From the NCBI GenBank assembly GCA_048882385.1, contig JBHLRQ010000012.1:1-50085 (forward strand): a stretch of 50,085 nt of DNA. The letters are read 5' to 3'. Positions 10,196-19,917 of the stretch are shown here, one piece after another. A model generated the notes under the pieces. That model was not told where the DNA came from. It did no database searches and was given only the letters and a program-made list of their open reading frames with translations. The position numbers and the translations under genes are program-made. The stretch is from Candidatus Thorarchaeota archaeon (lineage in GTDB: Archaea; Asgardarchaeota; Thorarchaeia; Thorarchaeales; Thorarchaeaceae). Numbering within the stretch: position 1 is the stretch's first letter; each line of letters begins with the position of its first letter.

Positions 10196-13100
10196 TTATG
10201 GTGGTTGAACGGCAGCTTGAATCATTGGCAATATTTGACTTCGTCTGTAATGTTTCATGTCGATGGCTTCTTGCGGACATCCACCAGAACAAGTTCCACA
10301 ACCTCGACAGAGCTCTTTCATTATGACCATTTTATCCTCCTCGAGTTTGGGAGCTGAGTATGGACAGAAATCAGCGCAGAGCTCACAATTGGTACATTTT
10401 TCATTATCAATCTCAGCATAGAGAGGTTCAATGTCAAAGCGACCAGCAGAAATCAGGGATTGAGCCATAGCCGCTGCACCCCTTCCTTGAGCTACAGCAT
10501 TCCTAATATCTGCAGGTCCAATACATGCACCAGCGAAAAAGATACCATCATTGAAGGACTCAATGGGACGAAGTTTCGGATGAGCACACATGAAGAATCC
10601 ATGCCTGTCAGTATTCACGCCAATTGTTCGTGCAATTTCCAATGAGTCGTGCTGGGGACGCATAGGAGTTGAGAGGACAACCAAGTCATATGTTAATGAA
10701 GTATTACGACCAGTGTAGAGATCTTCTGCAAATATCCGCAAACCCTTGGATTGAGCGTCATACTCAATTTCAGATGCCTTTCCTTTGATTACTATTATAC
10801 CCATTTTCAGTGCTCTTTGATAGAGCTCTTCATATCCAGGACCATGAGTTCGGACATCGATTGCATAGATGTTAACTTCTGTATCTGGATATTTTTCTTT
10901 GATTTGTGTAGCTTGCTTCAGAGAGTTTTCACAGCCAAAATAACAGCAATAGTCCGAATCTGCTCTTGGATCTCTGGCACCAACGCATTGTATGAACGCA
11001 ATGCTACGAGGCGTCTTGCCATCCGAAGGTCTTTGAATCTTGCCTTGTGTTGGTCCTGCAGCGTTTGTGATTCTCTCAAATTGAGCGTTAGTGATGACAT
11101 CCGGGAGAGAGCCATAGCCATATTCTCGAGATTCCAATGGTTCGTACGATTCTCCACCTGTAGCTACGATAATAGCCCCAACATTGAGATCTAATATTTG
11201 ATCAATCATATTGTGGTCAATTGCATTTGATTCGCACTTTTCCATGCAAAGTTTGCATTCGCTACAAATCGCGCAACTTACACAACGATTCAATTCCTCC
11301 TCAGCTTTCTTCTTAGAAAGACCAAACTCTACCTCCTCAAAGCTGCTTCTTCTCTTACTTCTATTCAATGACTTTGCTGTTATTCTTATCATATGTTGTA
11401 CTCGAGTAAAATCAACCTCATCAGATGATAAAACATGAATTTCTCGTTCTCGACCTTCTAGAAGATCAGATCCATTCAAGTATCGATCGATCGATTCAGC
11501 CGCTTCCTTTCCATGAGCGATTGCTTCGATCACACTAGATGGTCCAGTTACAACATCTCCGCCTGCGAAAATACCAGGTATATTAGTTTCGAGAGTGGTT
11601 GTATCTACACGGAGATATCCATTTGGTGTTCTGTCTAACATGTTAATTCCAGAGAGGTCAGGTCGTTGACCAATTGCGATGATAATCGTATCGCCTTTGA
11701 TGGTTGGTCCAGCCGCTCCAGAAAATACTGGTGCGAATTTCCCTTCAGGAGTGTACACCGATCTACAAACCTTTGTGGTCAGTCCTTTGATGATTCCCTT
11801 ATCACTAAGAATCTTTGCTGGACCTAGAGAACCTAGTATTTCCACACCTTCAAATTCTGCATCTTCGATTTCCCAGTCGTGGGCAGGCATTCTGTCTTTT
11901 GAAAAAAGATCTCTGGTTTCAAGGCACACAAGCGTGACTTTTTTGGCTCCAAGTCTTATTGATGATCTTGCACAATCTATCCCCACGTTTCCTCCACCAA
12001 TGACAATTATATTCTCTCCAAAACTCTTTGGTGGTTTTCTCCTCTTTACAGACCTCAAAAATGGAATACCATATAGAATTCCTCTTTGCATTCCCTCAAT
12101 CTTCAACTCTGCAGGATTTTGCGCACCAATTGCTAGGTAGACTGCATCATAATTCTCCTGTAATTGTTCCAAGCTGATGTCCTTCCCTAAGGTTGTATTC
12201 ATCTGAGTTTTGATGCCATGTCCAAGTACCCAACCAATATCTTGCATAGCTACTTCATTTGATACGCGATACTCTGGAATACAGTTTGTTATTAGACCGC
12301 CTGGTTTCTTGGAAGAATCAATTATTGTAACAGAATATCCTCGTAAAAGAAGATCAAGAGCACATGTCAATCCAGATGGACCTGCACCAACAACTGCTAC
12401 TTTCTCGGATTTTGTTGGAGATATCTTCTCTGGAATATCATGTTCATTCTCGGTAACATAATCGGCAACATATCGTTTCAATTGCCTAATTGCCACAGGT
12501 TCATCAAATTCACTCCTAGCGCAACTGCTCTCGCAAGGGTGATGACATACCCTGCCAAGAATTCTCTGAAGAGGAGCAGCTTCACGAAGAACATCAAGCG
12601 CCTCTTTCAATTTTCCTTCTCTGGCAAGTCCAATAAATGCCTGATTGTTGACCTTTGCGGGACATGCATTTCTACACGAAGAAATTCCCGTCTTCTCTAT
12701 TGTGTATGTATTGGGTACAGCTTGTGGAAAAGGTCTGAAAATTGCCTTACAATCAACAAGACCATACTCATATTTATTGGGGATTGACATCGGACATACT
12801 GGGACACATTCGCCGCACGAATTACATTTCTCAGAATCAATAAACCGAGCTTTCTTCCGAACCTTCATTTTGAAGTTGCCTACGTATCCCTCAACATCTT
12901 CAACTTCGCTATAGGTCATGAGGTTGATGTTTGGATGCTGCTCAACTGAAGCCATTATTGGCCCCAAAATGCAAATGGCGCAATCATTTTGTGGAAATAC
13001 CTTGTCAAGTAGTGCCATTTGCCCACCAATTGTAGGGCGACGTTCAATCAAATGAACCTGATACCCACCATTTGCCGCACTAAGGGCAGCAGAGATTCCT

Positions 13101-13570
13101 GAAACACCGCTACCAATGACTGCGATTTCAGGAATTATTGGTACACTCTCATAATCAAGTGGCTCTAAAAGACGTGCCCTGGCAACTGCCATTTCCACCA
13201 GACGTTTAGCCTTTTCATTGGCACCTCTCTCATCATGCATCGTACACCATGACACATGTTCCCGGATATTTACCATCTCGAAGAGAAAACGATTGAGTCC
13301 TGCACCTTCGATCGTCTTCCGAAATATTGGTTCATGGGTTCTGGGTGTACATGATGCAACAATTACCCTGTTCAGATTTTTCTCCCTGATTGCATCCTGA
13401 ATCGTCTTAAGTCCATCAGTTGAACATGTGAACATCAAATCTGCGGAATGTGCAACATTAGGCAAAGACTTAGCATGTTCACTTAACATGATTACATTTA
13501 CAGAACCAGCTATGTTGAGGCCACAATGGCAAACGAAAACACCAATCCTCACATCCTTCTCATTTCCCAT
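10196..13570 (-). CDS. hdrA: Second HdrL-type HdrA/GltD fusion
   Basis: Same architecture as 2380..5763 ([60 protein letters not shown]-terminal ferredoxin). ATG 13570 is preferred over TTG 13585. Confidence 0.9.
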   Translation of the reverse strand: MGNEKDVRIGVFVCHCGLNIAGSVNVIMLSEHAKSLPNVAHSADLMFTCSTDGLKTIQDAIREKNLNRVIVASCTPRTHEPIFRKTIEGAGLNRFLFEMVNIREHVSWCTMHDERGANEKAKRLVEMAVARARLLEPLDYESVPIIPEIAVIGSGVSGISAALSAANGGYQVHLIERRPTIGGQMALLDKVFPQNDCAICILGPIMASVEQHPNINLMTYSEVEDVEGYVGNFKMKVRKKARFIDSEKCNSCGECVPVCPMSIPNKYEYGLVDCKAIFRPFPQAVPNTYTIEKTGISSCRNACPAKVNNQAFIGLAREGKLKEALDVLREAAPLQRILGRVCHHPCESSCARSEFDEPVAIRQLKRYVADYVTENEHDIPEKISPTKSEKVAVVGAGPSGLTCALDLLLRGYSVTIIDSSKKPGGLITNCIPEYRVSNEVAMQDIGWVLGHGIKTQMNTTLGKDISLEQLQENYDAVYLAIGAQNPAELKIEGMQRGILYGIPFLRSVKRRKPPKSFGENIIVIGGGNVGIDCARSSIRLGAKKVTLVCLETRDLFSKDRMPAHDWEIEDAEFEGVEILGSLGPAKILSDKGIIKGLTTKVCRSVYTPEGKFAPVFSGAAGPTIKGDTIIIAIGQRPDLSGINMLDRTPNGYLRVDTTTLETNIPGIFAGGDVVTGPSSVIEAIAHGKEAAESIDRYLNGSDLLEGREREIHVLSSDEVDFTRVQHMIRITAKSLNRSKRRSSFEEVEFGLSKKKAEEELNRCVSCAICSECKLCMEKCESNAIDHNMIDQILDLNVGAIIVATGGESYEPLESREYGYGSLPDVITNAQFERITNAAGPTQGKIQRPSDGKTPRSIAFIQCVGARDPRADSDYCCYFGCENSLKQATQIKEKYPDTEVNIYAIDVRTHGPGYEELYQRALKMGIIVIKGKASEIEYDAQSKGLRIFAEDLYTGRNTSLTYDLVVLSTPMRPQHDSLEIARTIGVNTDRHGFFMCAHPKLRPIESFNDGIFFAGACIGPADIRNAVAQGRGAAAMAQSLISAGRFDIEPLYAEIDNEKCTNCELCADFCPYSAPKLEEDKMVIMKELCRGCGTCSGGCPQEAIDMKHYRRSQILPMIQAAVQPP

Positions 13571-14042
13571 AAATACACTTCCCAATAATTAAGGTCCAAG
13601 AAATTGGGTGTCCGCAAATCAATGCGGTTGTATGAATTGGTGACGCGTAGAGTTTTTCAGGATTGCATCGGACTTGTGTCTTGGCTCAACGATTCAACAG
13701 AACCATTCTTGAAAATAAGTGGTTTCAAATTGTAATAAGACCTTCTAGATTTTAAACACACAAAAAACGAATCTTTTTGATGGATAGCTAAATATTCTTA
13801 ACCATGATAGAAATTTAATTTTGTATGAAAACGTACATCGAGACTAGCCCAGAAGATACGTTTTGATCACAGAACATAGAATCTGATAGTTAGTAGTGAT
13901 ATCAGAGCGGATGTACGGGATAGATAGCAAAAAGGATACTGGATTGAAATCTACTTATTCTATTTTTCGACCATCAATTGCATTCTTCGAAAGCTTCGAG
14001 TTAGAATCAATCGATTTTCAGACCTATCTCTAAATCAAAATT

Positions 14043-14071
14043 GTTTGAGGGTCTCACGAGACCCTCTAAAC
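14043..14071 (-). terminator. Stem-loop just downstream of the small ORF 14080..14292
   Basis: Perfect inverted repeat GAGGGTCTC-ac-GAGACCCTC, extended by GTTT/AAAC; T-rich tract follows on the - strand. Confidence 0.6.
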
Positions 14072-14079
14072 TTTCGTTC

Positions 14080-14292
14080 CTATAGATGTGATTTCCTTCG
14101 TAAACCCGGACCCTGAGTTAGACGAAGGATCTGCTCAGATGTCAGAGCAGTATACTCCGAATCCGGAAACATCACATTCTCGTGTTTATCATGAATAATG
14201 TCTGCAAAATACTTAGTATACCATCTGATTTCTTCCTTGCTGCGTTGTCGAATTACTTTTCGTCTCCTTTTCCGGGATAAACTTCCTGACAT
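14080..14292 (-). CDS. Small Arg-rich hypothetical protein (70 aa)
   Basis: GGAGGT RBS at 14302-14307; own terminator hairpin; N-terminal SRKRRRKVIRQRSK. Confidence 0.7.
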   Translation of the reverse strand: MSGSLSRKRRRKVIRQRSKEEIRWYTKYFADIIHDKHENVMFPDSEYTALTSEQILRLTQGPGLRRKSHL

Positions 14293-14511
14293 TCTTGTTT
14301 TACCTCCATGAGGATCAAGACATCCAGAGCAGCTGTTCGCTTGTAGCTACAGTCCGCAAACCTGGTCTCCTCCCCCGAGAAGACCACAAAGAAAACGAGG
14401 GCATCACGAGGAAGAAGACAAAGCATTAGTTACCACTAATCGGGTGGAACCAATACTGAAGTGTCATATTTCCTCGCATTGTAAACGCCTCCTTGTAAAA
14501 TTCGGATATAA
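14293..14511 (-). promoter_or_regulatory. Structured 5' leader with a 17-aa uORF (14426..14479)
   Basis: Hairpins at 14422-14457 and 14363-14386; AAGGAGG at 14488-14494 before ATG 14479; TTATAT box at 14506-14511. Confidence 0.45.
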
Positions 14512-14542
14512 GCTTTGACTTTAAAGTAGATGATTTTCGGTT

Positions 14543-15106
14543 TCAATTCAATGCCCTGGTTGGAGTCAAACCTCCAAAAGCTATGTAGTCGAAACTTGAG
14601 TCTACAGAGTCTTTCGCAATTGTGGCACATCTCTTCCTAAATCTTTCTTGAAAGCTAGCATATTCCTCATCCCAAATCATCGCTTCCGCATTAGAGATGA
14701 ATCTGAACGTGAAGGTTACTGGTTTTCCTTTCTTTCTTGGCAAGGTAGTTTTTTCTCTAAGTCTTTCAGCCCTCTCTCGTATTAGATTCGAAATAACTTG
14801 GAGATGTGCAGCTGCAGATTCCAGAAAAGCTATTTTTTTCCGTACACTGAGAGCACCATCACCTTCAAGAATGATTTCCTCTGAATATTCAGTATTGATA
14901 CTATAGTATTTGATTGATCTACCGATACTCTCTATTCTTACATTGAACACTCTTTCTTTAACAAATCGAGAGAGATGATGAGACATCGTACTTCTGTTGA
15001 TGTCTACAACCTCCATTAACTCCTGAGCTGTGATTTCTTTGTTTAGGAGAACCTCGACATATATACGAGCTCTCACAGGATCTGCGAGAAGTTCTGGTAG
15101 CGTCAT
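14543..15106 (-). CDS. ArsR-like winged-HTH transcriptional regulator
   Basis: LADPVRARIY...TAQELM...INRSTMSHHLSRF...KYY. The real start is probably ATG 15106, because the longer ORF overlaps the divergent gene. Confidence 0.8.
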   Translation of the reverse strand: MTLPELLADPVRARIYVEVLLNKEITAQELMEVVDINRSTMSHHLSRFVKERVFNVRIESIGRSIKYYSINTEYSEEIILEGDGALSVRKKIAFLESAAAHLQVISNLIRERAERLREKTTLPRKKGKPVTFTFRFISNAEAMIWDEEYASFQERFRKRCATIAKDSVDSSFDYIAFGGLTPTRALN

Positions 15107-15185
15107 ATCAGTACACCAACATAGATTGCTTTCGGAAGAGACCTTATAAGTCCGACGTCGTCTATACGTTACGATGTAAACAATA

Positions 15186-15206
15186 TATTTCGATAATATC
15201 GAAATA
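15186..15206. promoter_or_regulatory. Perfect palindromic operator between the divergent regulator and hydrolase genes
   Basis: TATTTCGATA-A-TATCGAAATA (10-bp arms). Confidence 0.7.
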
Positions 15207-15232
15207 ATATGATTATGTAGGATGAATACGAG

Positions 15233-16258
15233 ATGGAAGAAATCAATGTGCATGGACTTGATGACCTATTGCAGAAAATGGCGGAGCAAGACAAATTCTC
15301 AGGAGTAGCGCTTGTTCACAGAAATGGAGATGTTATGTTTGAGAAAGCGTATGGTCTTGCTTGTAAAACTTTCAACATTAAGAACAACATGAACACCAAA
15401 TTCAATATTGGTTCTTTAAACAAGTTGATTACAAAAACCGCAATTTTGCAATTAATGCAGCAGGGCTTAGTAGATCTCGATGACCTTGTTGGAAAGCACC
15501 TCCCAGAGTTCCGAAAAGACATTGCTGAGAAAGTCAAAATCAGACATCTCATCTCATTCACATCGGGATTAGGGGACTACTTCAATGAGAAATTCTCCTC
15601 GGCAATAGGTCAGCTAAGAAAGCTTGACGATTTCGTAGAGTTATTTATTGACGACCCTCTGTTGTTTGAGCCAGGAGAAAGACGTCACTATAGCAATGCT
15701 GGATACGTTGTATTAGGTAAGATCATAGAAGCCATTTCAGGAATGGATTACTACGACTACATTCGAGAGAACGTCTACAGATTAGCAGGGATGACTGATT
15801 CTGATCACTATGAACTTGATGCTCCGGTTGAGAATCGAGCAACGGGCTACACAAGAATGAGTGATTGTTGTGCACCAGAAACGACCGAAAGAAGAAGTAA
15901 TCACTTTATTATAGGCTCACGTGGAAGTCCTGCAGGAGGAGGATACTCAACAGCAAAGGACCTCATGAGATTCGATCTGGCTATCGATAATGCCCTCTTA
16001 TTAGATCCTGAACGTTCCAAGAGGGTTATGAGACCCATAGATGCTCCAGAATCAGATCCGAAAACTGCAGTTCTGGCAGGTGGTGCTTCGGGTCTATGCG
16101 CGTTATATTTCAAGTTTTTTGAATTGGGATACTCTGTCTTTATTCTATCCAACTATGATCCACAAGATGTTGAACCGCTTGTGAAACCCATTCGAGCTCT
16201 CTTCATACCTGAAGAAGAAGAAGAGAGAGAAGTTGTCAAATTTAGAGATGAGAAATGA
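15233..16258 (+). CDS. Serine hydrolase, beta-lactamase/AmpC (D-Ala-D-Ala peptidase) family
   Basis: SxxK (GSLNK), LISFTSG, LFEPG..YSN.GY.VLG, PAGGGYST; no signal peptide. Confidence 0.88.
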   Translation: MEEINVHGLDDLLQKMAEQDKFSGVALVHRNGDVMFEKAYGLACKTFNIKNNMNTKFNIGSLNKLITKTAILQLMQQGLVDLDDLVGKHLPEFRKDIAEKVKIRHLISFTSGLGDYFNEKFSSAIGQLRKLDDFVELFIDDPLLFEPGERRHYSNAGYVVLGKIIEAISGMDYYDYIRENVYRLAGMTDSDHYELDAPVENRATGYTRMSDCCAPETTERRSNHFIIGSRGSPAGGGYSTAKDLMRFDLAIDNALLLDPERSKRVMRPIDAPESDPKTAVLAGGASGLCALYFKFFELGYSVFILSNYDPQDVEPLVKPIRALFIPEEEEEREVVKFRDEK

Positions 16259-16261
16259 TAA

Positions 16262-16591
16262 CTACTTCAAGTCGAGTAATTCAACTTCAAAGATAAGAGT
16301 GGAGTTCGGTGGAATGAGACCATTACCCACATCCCGGTCGCCATACGCAAGTCCCGGAGGAATCGTCAGCTTACGTTTTCCGCCAACCTTCATTGTGAGA
16401 ACTCCGTCATCCCAACCTTGAATTACCTGACCCACACCAATTTGAAATTCAAAGGGTTGACCTCTATCAATAGAACTGTCGAACTTCTTCCCATCAGTTA
16501 ACCATCCGGTATAGTGAACGACAACTTTCTGTCCTCGGACAGGAGAATCGCCTGTTCCTTCAACAATGTCTTCAATTTGTAGTTCTGACAT
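16262..16591 (-). CDS. FKBP-type peptidyl-prolyl isomerase
   Basis: VHYTGWL.DGKKFDSS, VIQGWD, LAYG, IPPNSTLIFEVELL. Confidence 0.96.
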   Translation of the reverse strand: MSELQIEDIVEGTGDSPVRGQKVVVHYTGWLTDGKKFDSSIDRGQPFEFQIGVGQVIQGWDDGVLTMKVGGKRKLTIPPGLAYGDRDVGNGLIPPNSTLIFEVELLDLK

Positions 16592-16708
16592 AGTTTTTTT
16601 GTCTGAACAATGGTATTAATATCGTTCTATAATTCTGGATGATTTTCTGGAAATGCTTTTAGACGACTGAGGAATTGTTTTACCAAGTGTATTTCAGGAA
16701 GAGAGAAT

Positions 16709-19261
16709 GTGACAAATCCGACTCAAGACGTGCTTGCACAGGCAAAAGCCTTCATTGAGAAAGGAGAATACAAAACAGCTCTGGATAGTCTTCAATCATC
16801 TTATGTAGAGTTCAAAGATCCTGTGATGACCTTTGACGCACTAGTTATGATAGCAGAATCTTCATGGCGTTGTGGAAAATTGGACGATGGTCTTGTCGCA
16901 ATACAGAAGGCTGAGCAGCTCTTAGCAACTAAGGAATTGAATCAGCTGCAAGAGGAAGAAGATTTTCAGAAAAGGAAAGCTAGTCTCCTCTCTAATGCAG
17001 GGGTTATCCACTGGTATAAGGGAAATCTTGATCGGGCATCAGAATATTATCAACACAGCCTAAAAATCAGTGAAAAGATTGGGAACAAAAAGGGAGTTTC
17101 AACAGCCTTCAATAATATTGGTCTTGTTTATTGGACTAAGGGAGATTTGAAACAGGCAACTGAATACTATAAGAAGAGTCTGCAAATTTACGAAGAGTTG
17201 CACGACGAGAATGGGATAGCTAGCGTGTTAAACAACTTAGCCAATATTGGTACTACAACAGGAGAATTAGATCAAGCGCTGGAATATTTTCAACGGGTTC
17301 TTGAAATCAGAAGAAAATTCGACAATAAGAGTGACATCGCTAGGTGTCTGATCAATATAGGGGTCGCCTACAGGTTGAAAGGAGATCTTGACAAATCCAC
17401 TGATTACTACAACAAGAGTTTAGCCATACAAGAGGGTCTCAACATCGGACAAGAGTTTGCACTTGCACTCAACAATCTAGGAGACATCTACAACCTGAAA
17501 GGAGAATTAGATCTTGCTTTGGAATTCTACCAACGCAGTCTGCTCATCTACGATGGCATTGGAGTGAAAGAAGGTATTGCGCTTGTTCTAATGAATATTG
17601 GAGACTGCCATGCAAGAAAAAACAATATTGATTATGCATTCGAATACTTCGAAAGAAGTCTGCATATATCCAAAGAAATGGGAAACACACGACTGATTTC
17701 TAATGTACTAAATCAACTGGTTAGCTTGGCTTTGGATAATAGTGATCTTGAAGCCGCAAAGGAATACTTTTCACAACTTGAGCAAATCAAAGAAAAATCA
17801 GACAATCCAATTCTTAATCAACAATATTCGATCGCAGAAGCACTCATTCTGAAGAAAAGCAATCGGACCCGTGATAGAGTCAATGCAGAGGAAATTCTCG
17901 AGAAGGTTGTGGGGGAAGATGTCATTGATCATTCCTTGACTACTGTAGCAATGATACATCTCTGTGATCTGTTACTGCTCGAACTCAAAACAACACGTGC
18001 AGAAGAAGTACTTGCCAAGGTTAAAGAATTGACTCAAAAACTAGTCACAATTGCGGAGGAACAGGCTTCACACCCTCTTGTTGTTGAAACGTATTTACTA
18101 CAATCTAAACTGGCTCTAATCGAGTTCGAAGTAATTGAAGCGCGCAAACTGATGACTGAAGCAAAGAGGTTAGCTGATGAGAAAGGACTCCAAAGGCTCA
18201 GTCAAATAGTACAGAACGAAATAGATACTCTTCAGAATGAGGTTAAGAGATGGGAGTCCATTCTAGAAGTAAAACCATCCACGGAAGAGATGGTCAATCT
18301 TACCAATCTGGATGATCTCTTATCCAGAATGGTCCAGAAGACTGTAGAAACCCTTGGTGTAGAACAAACCCCCAGACAAGGAAGCTCAAAGTATTCTCTT
18401 GTTCACAGAGATTTTCTCAAAGGGACTGAAAAATCAGAGAGGAGCAAGTTCAGAGTAGGCATTGCACAATTGGGACTTTCAGAGAGTGGCGACATTCTAA
18501 ATGAGTTATATCAGGAGAAGGATGAGGGACTCATTGGGCTTCGAGAAAAGTCTGTTGAGAGTACGAGAATGAAACTAGAAGAAATGATAACGAAAGCTCA
18601 TTCTCAAGGAGTCGATATGCTTCTCTTTCCTGAAATGACTATTGACCTGAGTTACGAACGGTTAGCTAAGGATGTGGAGAAGCTTGCCAAGGAACATGGT
18701 ATCTACATCATTCCAGGTTCGTTCCATAACAGCGAAACTAGACGCAATGTCTGCAGAGTGTATGGACCAGATGGTCTTCTGTGGGAACAGGAAAAACACA
18801 TTCCAGCAATCATCCATATCGAAGGCAAGAGATTCCTAGAGAAGATTGAAACCTCCGCTGGTCCGAAGAATACAATCGTCTGCAACACCGAATTTGGTAG
18901 AATAGCTATTGCAATCTGCCGTGACTTCCTTGACATGGACCTGAGGGTTGAACTGAAAAACTCTGATCCCCCAGTTGACCTTGTCATAAACCCGGCGTTC
19001 ACACCTGTTACAGTAGATTTCAGGGCAGCGCACTTTGACGCTCGAAGATCCATCTATGCCTATTGTTTCTTCGCTAATGTAGCAGAGTTTGGAAACTCTC
19101 TTATCTATACGCCAGAGAAAGAACGAGTAGAGCTTAATGTTCCTTCGAAGAAAGAAGGAATCATATACAAAGACGTGGATCTCTTCGAGTTACGCGCTGA
19201 ACGAAAGAAATGGGAGCAAGAGAGGAAAAAGCAAACATCCTTCATTCAAAGCACTAGGTGA
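16709..19261 (+). CDS. TPR-repeat protein fused to a C-terminal carbon-nitrogen hydrolase (nitrilase-superfamily) domain
   Basis: About 40-aa TPR repeats (NNIGLVY, NNLANIG, INIGVAY, NNLGDIY, MNIGDCH); C-terminal VGIAQ, LFPE, QEKH, ICRDF, ANVA (E-K-C triad). Confidence 0.85.
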   Translation: MTNPTQDVLAQAKAFIEKGEYKTALDSLQSSYVEFKDPVMTFDALVMIAESSWRCGKLDDGLVAIQKAEQLLATKELNQLQEEEDFQKRKASLLSNAGVIHWYKGNLDRASEYYQHSLKISEKIGNKKGVSTAFNNIGLVYWTKGDLKQATEYYKKSLQIYEELHDENGIASVLNNLANIGTTTGELDQALEYFQRVLEIRRKFDNKSDIARCLINIGVAYRLKGDLDKSTDYYNKSLAIQEGLNIGQEFALALNNLGDIYNLKGELDLALEFYQRSLLIYDGIGVKEGIALVLMNIGDCHARKNNIDYAFEYFERSLHISKEMGNTRLISNVLNQLVSLALDNSDLEAAKEYFSQLEQIKEKSDNPILNQQYSIAEALILKKSNRTRDRVNAEEILEKVVGEDVIDHSLTTVAMIHLCDLLLLELKTTRAEEVLAKVKELTQKLVTIAEEQASHPLVVETYLLQSKLALIEFEVIEARKLMTEAKRLADEKGLQRLSQIVQNEIDTLQNEVKRWESILEVKPSTEEMVNLTNLDDLLSRMVQKTVETLGVEQTPRQGSSKYSLVHRDFLKGTEKSERSKFRVGIAQLGLSESGDILNELYQEKDEGLIGLREKSVESTRMKLEEMITKAHSQGVDMLLFPEMTIDLSYERLAKDVEKLAKEHGIYIIPGSFHNSETRRNVCRVYGPDGLLWEQEKHIPAIIHIEGKRFLEKIETSAGPKNTIVCNTEFGRIAIAICRDFLDMDLRVELKNSDPPVDLVINPAFTPVTVDFRAAHFDARRSIYAYCFFANVAEFGNSLIYTPEKERVELNVPSKKEGIIYKDVDLFELRAERKKWEQERKKQTSFIQSTR

Positions 19262-19334
19262 TTTGCTCTTACTAGTCGATTATCATTCCTTATTCAAAGA
19301 CTAATATTCGTTTTACAATTCAATGGCTTATAAT

Positions 19335-19790
19335 CTAGATTTCTCGCATCATTGAGGGTGAGCTTGTACAGATAGTTGTAAACTCTATAGATTGCTTCAT
19401 GTCCTCCGGAACTTTGTCACGAGTCACAACAGCCCATCCCTTGTTCTCAAAGAATTTCTCAGCTGTATCTGTTAGTAGGAACAACCAATTGATTCCTTTC
19501 TCTTTAGCAAAATCAATCATGCTCTCGACCAGCCTCGAGCCTAGTCCTTTTCCTTGGTAATCGGGATGCACAGCCAGAGATCTAAGAAGTCCAGAGTCCC
19601 TATAGATTTCAAGTCCCACCGAACCTATAAGAAATTCAGGGCCAGCAACTGCATCCGGACGTCTAATTATTAAGAAGTTCTCCATGTTGAGTTTAATTCC
19701 ATCGGGAGGAAGGTTTGCTTCACGTAGTAAGACTACCACTGCATCATAGTCAGAACTCTTAGCTCTTTCAATCTCGAAATTATTTCTCAT
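19335..19790 (-). CDS. GNAT N-acetyltransferase (ArsN2/ArgA-like)
   Basis: LLRSLAVHPDYQGKGLG, LFLLTDTAEKFF, SIEFT..C. Confidence 0.85.
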   Translation of the reverse strand: MRNNFEIERAKSSDYDAVVVLLREANLPPDGIKLNMENFLIIRRPDAVAGPEFLIGSVGLEIYRDSGLLRSLAVHPDYQGKGLGSRLVESMIDFAKEKGINWLFLLTDTAEKFFENKGWAVVTRDKVPEDMKQSIEFTTICTSSPSMMREI

Positions 19791-19917
19791 AGATAAAGGA
19801 GTGCAACTTTTTGTTATAATAGACTCGAAATACGCTAAGAATTATGAGTCGAGTTTGAATGGGTCAACAAGAGTTAACCAAAGGTTTTCTTAGGAATCGA
19901 GTGTACTCATAAAATGC

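Noticed and set aside
1-13585. Selenocysteine (UGA read-through) in HdrA/MvhD and SECIS elements
   Set aside because: All these frames are uninterrupted, with Cys at the usual Sec positions (DCxxC in HdrA; CNWC and GCH in MvhD). The hairpin at 10146-10190 lacks the GA/GA core of a SECIS.
14253-14426. 57-codon - strand ORF (MLCLLPRD...) coupled by TAATG to the uORF stop
   Set aside because: It runs through the hairpin-rich leader and overlaps the better-supported 70-aa ORF in another frame. There is no independent coding evidence, though translational coupling is not excluded.
15107-15253. N-terminal extension of the regulator ORF to 15253
   Set aside because: It overlaps the divergent gene, its promoter and its operator; the HTH begins right after Met at 15106.
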